In this document: piece by piece, positions 59,638-64,000 of the stretch | Position numbering within the stretch: the stretch's first letter is position 1 | Layout: every line of letters starts with the position of its first letter | Origin: Vicinamibacterales bacterium | GTDB taxonomy: Bacteria > Acidobacteriota > Vicinamibacteria > Vicinamibacterales > UBA8438 | Direction: 5' to 3' | Assembly: GCA_965202655.1 (NCBI GenBank) | Contig: CBDBBK010000002.1 | Location: 1,170,528-1,234,527 of the forward strand | Length of the DNA: 64,000 nt | Made by a program: the position numbers and the translations under genes | Notes under the pieces: generated by a model | Seen by the model: the letters and a program-made list of their open reading frames with translations, nothing else | Told to the model about the DNA's origin: nothing | Database searches by the model: none

Positions 59638-60681
59638 GTGGCCCGGATCGTCGTCGTTACGTCCCATCCGCCCTTTGCCGCTGGCGGGCACCTGGTGATC
59701 GCGCAGGCGCTGGTCGATGCGCTCAATGCGCGCGACCACCGCGCGACGCTGCTGCTGACGCCGCAGAATCGCTTCGGTCGCCAGGGTGCGGCGTACCTTT
59801 CGAACTGGCTGACCGACGTGGGCGAGGCGGGCGGCGGCGAACCCGTGGACCAGGTGATCAGCTTCCGCTACCCCAGTTACGCGGTCCGGCACGCCCGCCA
59901 TGTCTGCTGGCTGAATCACCGGATGCGCGAGTACTACGACGAATGGCCGCGGTTCAGCGCGTCGCTCTCGTGGCGCAACAGCCTGAAGGAGAGCGTGCGG
60001 CGCCGGCTGATCCACGCGGCGGACCACTACCTGCTCACGCGGAACGTCACCCGTGTCGTCGCCCAGTCGCGCACGATTCAGGACCGGCTGACCCGATGGG
60101 GAGGCATCCCGTCCGAGGTGGTGCATCCGCCCCCGTCCCCACGGGAGTACCGGTGCGACGGCTACGGCGACGAACTGCTGGTCGCCTCGCGCCTCACCCC
60201 GCTCAAGCGGATTCACCTGGTGCTTGACGCACTCGGCGAGCCGGCCGCGTCGTCCGTCCGCTGCGTCATCGTGGGCGACGGCGAAGAACGCGACGCGCTG
60301 GCGGCCCGGATCGACGCCGAGGGTCTGGCGTCCCGCGTCCGCCTGCTGGGGCATGTGAGCGACGCCGAGCTGGTCGACCTGCTGGCGACGTGCCGCGCCG
60401 TCTGCTTCCCGGCCGCACGGGAGGACTACGGCCTGGTGACGGTCGAGGCGTTCGCCTCCGGCAAGCCAGTGGTGACCTGTTCCGACAGCGGCGGACCGAC
60501 GGAGCTGGTGGAGGACGGCGTCAACGGTTTCGTGGTCGACCCCGGCCCTCCGGCGCTGGCTTCGGCGATCGCGCGCCTGATGGACGATGCGTCGCTCGCC
60601 GAGCGGCTCGGCGCCGCGGCCCGGGAACGGGCCGCCTCGATCAGTTGGGACCGCGCCCTGGAGCGGCTGCTGCTGGTCTGA
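59638..60681 (+). CDS. GT4-family glycosyltransferase
   Basis: GTG 59638 lies 7 nt after TATTCT (59625-59630). MARIVVVTSHPPF, FPAAREDYGLVTVEAFASGKPVVTCSDSGGPTELVEDGVNGFVV. Confidence 0.85.
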   Translation: MARIVVVTSHPPFAAGGHLVIAQALVDALNARDHRATLLLTPQNRFGRQGAAYLSNWLTDVGEAGGGEPVDQVISFRYPSYAVRHARHVCWLNHRMREYYDEWPRFSASLSWRNSLKESVRRRLIHAADHYLLTRNVTRVVAQSRTIQDRLTRWGGIPSEVVHPPPSPREYRCDGYGDELLVASRLTPLKRIHLVLDALGEPAASSVRCVIVGDGEERDALAARIDAEGLASRVRLLGHVSDAELVDLLATCRAVCFPAAREDYGLVTVEAFASGKPVVTCSDSGGPTELVEDGVNGFVVDPGPPALASAIARLMDDASLAERLGAAARERAASISWDRALERLLLV

Positions 60682-60717
60682 GCGGCAGGCGTGCGCCCGG
60701 TGTAGACTCGCAGCCGG

Positions 60718-61530
60718 ATGGCGTACCACAGCACGCTTGAACGCCGCCTGGCCCGGAAGGCGACACGCGCGATCAAGGCGTTCGATCTGATCGAGCCGGA
60801 CGATCGGATCATGGTGGGGCTCTCCGGCGGCAAGGACAGTTGGGCGCTGATGCAGTTGCTCGATGTCCTGCGCCAGCGGGCGCCGTTTCCCTTCTCGATC
60901 GTCGCCGTCAACGTCGACTCCGGGTACACCAACTACCGTCACGACGTGATCGCACGCGAGTGCGACGCGCGCGGCTGGGAGTACCGGATCGAGCACACCG
61001 GGATCGGCGACATCATGGACGACGTGCTCGACGCCGGCGACACACCCTGCTCGCTTTGCGCGCGGCTGCGCCGTGGCGTCCTGTACCGGATCGCCGCCGA
61101 CGTGGGCGCGACGAAGATCGCGCTGGGCCACCACGCGGACGACTTCATCGAGACGCTGCTGCTCAACCTGCTGTTTGCCGGCTCCCTCAAGGCGATGCCG
61201 GCGCGTCTCGTCTCCGACGACCGGCGCCATGTCGTCATCCGCCCGCTGGTCTACATCGCGGAAGACGAGGCGCGGGCCTACACCCGCGAGCGCGGCCTGG
61301 AGGTTATCGGCTGCTGCTGTCCGGTGTGTGGCGACCTGAGCCTGAAGCGGCAGCGCGTGAAGCGCTGGCTCCTCGAGCTCGAGCGCGAACACCCGGGGGT
61401 GAAGAGCTCCGTCCTGAAGGCGCTCGGCAACGTCGCGCCGCGTCATCTGCTGGACACGCGGCTCAATCCGCCGGCCGAGTTGCGCGCCGACCCCGCAGTG
61501 AAGACGGCGCTGGCGGAATGCGCGCCGTAG
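60718..61530 (+). CDS. ttcA: tRNA 2-thiocytidine biosynthesis protein TtcA
   Basis: PP-loop GLSGGKDS. Cys motifs [10 protein letters not shown] and [18 protein letters not shown] 60718 lies 9 nt after TAGACT (60703-60708). Confidence 0.9.
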   Translation: MAYHSTLERRLARKATRAIKAFDLIEPDDRIMVGLSGGKDSWALMQLLDVLRQRAPFPFSIVAVNVDSGYTNYRHDVIARECDARGWEYRIEHTGIGDIMDDVLDAGDTPCSLCARLRRGVLYRIAADVGATKIALGHHADDFIETLLLNLLFAGSLKAMPARLVSDDRRHVVIRPLVYIAEDEARAYTRERGLEVIGCCCPVCGDLSLKRQRVKRWLLELEREHPGVKSSVLKALGNVAPRHLLDTRLNPPAELRADPAVKTALAECAP

Positions 61531-61967
61531 TCCAGCGCGTCCGCCGCGCCGCGGTGACGGTCGAGGGGCGCGTGGCGGGCACCATCGGTCCCGGTCTTGT
61601 CGTTCTGTTGGGCGTCGGCCGGTCGGACGGCGATCACGACGCCGACTGGATGGCGGACAAGGTAGCGGGTCTGCGGATCTTCGCCGACGCCGCCGGTCAG
61701 ATGAACCGGTCCGTGGCGGAGGCGGAGGGAGCGCTGCTGGTCGTTTCGCAGTTCACCCTCTTCGGCGACTGCCGTCGCGGCCGCCGTCCGTCGTATGTCG
61801 CCGCGGCGGAACCGGAAGAGGCGCGCAGGCTCTATCTGGCGGTCGTGGATCGCCTGCGCCGAGCGGGGTATACGGTCGAGACGGGGGAGTTCGGCGCGAT
61901 GATGGATGTCGAACTGGTGAACGACGGCCCGGTGACGCTGCTGATCGATAGCGAGCGGACCTTCTAG
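61518..61967 (+). CDS. dtd: D-aminoacyl-tRNA deacylase
   Basis: [36 protein letters not shown]. Overlaps the ttcA end by 13 nt. Confidence 0.9.
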   Translation: MRAVVQRVRRAAVTVEGRVAGTIGPGLVVLLGVGRSDGDHDADWMADKVAGLRIFADAAGQMNRSVAEAEGALLVVSQFTLFGDCRRGRRPSYVAAAEPEEARRLYLAVVDRLRRAGYTVETGEFGAMMDVELVNDGPVTLLIDSERTF

Positions 61968-61976
61968 AATCACGCG

Positions 61977-62846
61977 ATGCGATCTCCCTCAGGCTTGACT
62001 CACCGATTCGCGGCGATTGCCGCCGCACTCTTCTTCGTCGTATCCGCCGCGCCCGCCGGCGCGCAGCAACGGCCACTCGTCACCGAAGATCCGGAGTCGA
62101 TCGGCGCCGGCCTGATCCTGGTCGAGGCGGGAATCGACTACCTGCGCGATCAACCGTTCCCGGTTTCCGGCCTCACCGGCCATTTCCGGAGCACGCCGGT
62201 GCTCGGCATCAGCATCGGCGTCAGCTCTATCGCAGAAGTGCAGATAGACGGCATCTCGTTCGCCAACCTCCAGATTACCGACCGCAGGCTGGCGCCCCTG
62301 TCGCATCAGTTGCGCATCACGGGCGATACGACCGGAAGCTGGACGGACACGTCGATCGGCGCCAAGACACGGCTTCTGGCCGAGGGCGCGCGCCGCCCCG
62401 GGATCGCACTTCGCTTCGCCACGAAACTGCCCAACGCAAGCAACGAGGAGGGGCTAGGTCTCGACACGATCGACTTCTATAACTCCCTGCTCGTAGGCAA
62501 GACGATGGGTTCGATGCGGGTGGTCGCCAATGTGGGTCTGGGCATCCTGAGCGATCCGACGCGGGGCGACCGTCAAAACGACGTGCTCACGTATGGCGTG
62601 TCGTTCGCGCGGGCGTTCGCGGAAGGGGCCGAGGTGGTGGCGGAGGTGGCGGGCCGCCGGAATACGCGGACCGGCACGCCACCGCCGGGTACCGACAGCT
62701 CCGGTTTCGCCCGGTTCGGCGCCCGCTTCACGCGCGGTACGGTCCGGCTGGACGCGGCGCTGGTGAGCGGCCTCACCGTCCGGGACGCCAGCCTGGGCGT
62801 GACGGCCGGTCTCACCTGGGTCTTCCACGGCGTCGATGTGCCGTGA
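61977..62846 (+). CDS. Outer-membrane beta-barrel protein (MetA-pathway/transporter-like putative porin)
   Basis: ATG 61977 lies 6 nt after TAGAAT (61965-61970). Signal peptide AAALFFVVSAAPAGAQQ, an alternating strand pattern, and ends GLTWVFHGVDVP. The family call is weak. Confidence 0.6.
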   Translation: MRSPSGLTHRFAAIAAALFFVVSAAPAGAQQRPLVTEDPESIGAGLILVEAGIDYLRDQPFPVSGLTGHFRSTPVLGISIGVSSIAEVQIDGISFANLQITDRRLAPLSHQLRITGDTTGSWTDTSIGAKTRLLAEGARRPGIALRFATKLPNASNEEGLGLDTIDFYNSLLVGKTMGSMRVVANVGLGILSDPTRGDRQNDVLTYGVSFARAFAEGAEVVAEVAGRRNTRTGTPPPGTDSSGFARFGARFTRGTVRLDAALVSGLTVRDASLGVTAGLTWVFHGVDVP

Positions 62847-63724
62847 GTAGCTCCACCCCCGTCCCGTACGTCAAGGGGGATGCCTACGGCAACGACTTCC
62901 TCCTGGTAGACGGCGGCGCGCTGGGCGGCGCGACGGGCGAAGCGCTCGCGGATCTGGCGCGCGCCTTGTGCGATCGCCGGACCGGCGTCGGCGCGGACGG
63001 CCTGATCGCGTGGCGACCGAACCCCGGAGGCGCGTCGATGGAGCTTCGCAACGCGGACGGCAGCCCCGCCGAGGTGTCGGGCAACGGTGTGCGCTGCCTG
63101 GCGGCGCTGCTGATGGAGCGGCGTGCCGCCGCTGGCGCTCCGGCGGACGATCCGCTGACGATCAATACCGCGGGTGGCGTCAAGGTGCTGACGCTGCTCG
63201 ACGCCGCGCCGCCCCGCTACACCTTTCGGGCCCATATGGGGGCGCCCGCCGGCCTGACGGAGGAGATCCTGACCGTCGCAGGGGAGACGGTCCGGGTGGT
63301 CATCCTGTCAGTCGGAAACCCGCAGTGCGTGCTCCTGCTTCCCTCCGTGGCGGAGGCGGAGCGGCGCCTGGCCCAGCTCGGTCCGGCCCTTGCCACGCAC
63401 GAGCGCTTCCCGGAGGGGACCAACGTGGAGCTTGCGGTGGTCGAGCGCCCCGACCGGGTCCGCATCGTGATCTGGGAGCGCGGGGTGGGGCCCACCGCGG
63501 CCTCCGGCACCGGCGCCTGCGCATCGGCGGTTGCCGCGGCCCGCTACGGCGGGGCCGCCCGGAGCGTGGAAGTCGTATCTCCCGGGGGAACGCAATGGGT
63601 GGAATGGAACGACACCGGGATCCATCTGACGGGCTGGGCGCAACTGGTGGAGCGCGGCGAATGGACGCCCGGCGGGCGCCTCGCCGCTCTCGATGCCACG
63701 CGGGGTTTCACCACGGGCTGTTAA
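62843..63724 (+). CDS. dapF: Diaminopimelate epimerase
   Basis: GTG 62843 overlaps the upstream stop (GTGA). GNDFLLVD, SGNGVRC (first catalytic Cys), VGNPQCV, ASGTGACA (second catalytic Cys). Confidence 0.9.
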   Translation: MSSSTPVPYVKGDAYGNDFLLVDGGALGGATGEALADLARALCDRRTGVGADGLIAWRPNPGGASMELRNADGSPAEVSGNGVRCLAALLMERRAAAGAPADDPLTINTAGGVKVLTLLDAAPPRYTFRAHMGAPAGLTEEILTVAGETVRVVILSVGNPQCVLLLPSVAEAERRLAQLGPALATHERFPEGTNVELAVVERPDRVRIVIWERGVGPTAASGTGACASAVAAARYGGAARSVEVVSPGGTQWVEWNDTGIHLTGWAQLVERGEWTPGGRLAALDATRGFTTGC

Positions 63725-63793
63725 CCAGGGAGAAACGGTCGATGATGTACGATGGTCGTCCGTTGCGGCACAGATCTTGCAGACCGGTGTCGC

Positions 63794-64000
63794 ATGCGGA
63801 ATCTGGCGTCGCACGACCGGCCGCGCGAAAAGCTGCAGCGTCTCGGCGCCACGGCGCTTGGCGACAACGAGTTGCTGGCGGCGGTGATCGGTCACGGATC
63901 CCATCACGAGAGTGCGCTCGACATCGCCAATCGCCTGCTCACGCAGGCGGGAGGGCTGCACGGTCTGGCGAAGTCGCTGGACACGCAGTTGCTCGGGGTT
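63794..64000 (+). CDS. radC: RadC-family (UPF0758/JAMM-like) protein, N-terminal part (runs off window end)
   Basis: ATG 63794. The translation MRNLASHDRPREKLQRLGATALGDNELLAAVIGHGSHHESALDIANRLL matches the RadC N-terminal HhH region (ERPREKL...LSD.ELLAI). The frame is open to the window end, so it is absent from the ORF track. Confidence 0.8.
   Translation, partial: MRNLASHDRPREKLQRLGATALGDNELLAAVIGHGSHHESALDIANRLLTQAGGLHGLAKSLDTQLLGV

Noticed and set aside
63693-63887. Track ORF 63693..63887 (64 aa) between dapF and radC
   Set aside because: It is out of frame with, and overlaps, the clear RadC N-terminus that starts at ATG 63794. Its translation has no recognisable features.
1-64000. Search for CRISPR arrays, tRNA or rRNA genes, transposases, integrases, prophage or toxin-antitoxin modules
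   Set aside because: No regularly spaced direct repeats and no intergenic gap large enough for a structured RNA gene, except 13197-13407 and 46674-46902, neither of which shows a cloverleaf-like pattern. No ORF has recombinase, transposase or phage motifs. This was manual inspection only. A tRNAscan/Infernal run would be decisive for small RNAs.

Overview
Very GC-rich bacterial chromosomal segment (about two-thirds or more G+C by eye, not computed). It is densely coding, with about 60 genes, short intergenic gaps and many 1-4 nt start/stop overlaps. I found no rRNA, tRNA, CRISPR array, transposase or integrase. The protein families suggest an Acidobacteriota-like organism: a TIGR03436-type VWA protein, a CarboxypepD_reg-type TonB-dependent receptor, three CRTAC1/ASPIC-UnbV proteins and a DUF5916/CBM9-like outer-membrane protein. 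This taxonomic call is inference only. Layout: (1) 1-2446: DUF721-like gene, maf, and a cytochrome b plus molybdopterin oxidoreductase pair. (2) 2496-10500: a variant System I cytochrome c maturation operon in the order ccmE, ccmF fused to a CcmH-like domain, two unknown membrane/secreted proteins, ccmA, ccmB, ccmC, a ccmD-like gene, a micro-protein, then aroK. (3) 10540-18276: aroA, an RsbW-like kinase coupled to suhB, beta-barrel and envelope proteins. (4) 18433-29733: a co-directional envelope locus (TonB-dependent receptor, two CRTAC1 proteins, a TPR lipoprotein, a CxxCH protein with a Cu-monooxygenase-like His pattern, an Ig-like secreted protein). (5) 29716-60681: a large glycan-modification region. 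It holds a redox-dead DsbA-like protein, DedA, a GT2 polyprenyl-phosphate glycosyltransferase, a GT-C transferase, four GT4 enzymes, an epimerase, four SAM methyltransferases, a flippase-like protein, a GlpD-like oxidoreductase, asnB, MBOAT plus two AlgX/AlgJ-like proteins, an LbH acyltransferase, and duplicated HYR-SGNH lipoproteins. (6) 60718-64000: ttcA, dtd, a beta-barrel, dapF, radC (partial). Most notable sequence-level signals: about 15 genes have a TAnnnT box only 6-10 nt upstream of the start codon (leaderless-type architecture), including two 10-20 bp divergent intergenic cores with overlapping -10 boxes; CcmE carries CxxxY instead of HxxxY; and a roughly 1.07 kb gene-plus-promoter duplication is present. 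No single feature is clearly a new system; the best candidates are the 18.4-29.7 kb envelope locus and the two unknown genes inside the ccm operon.
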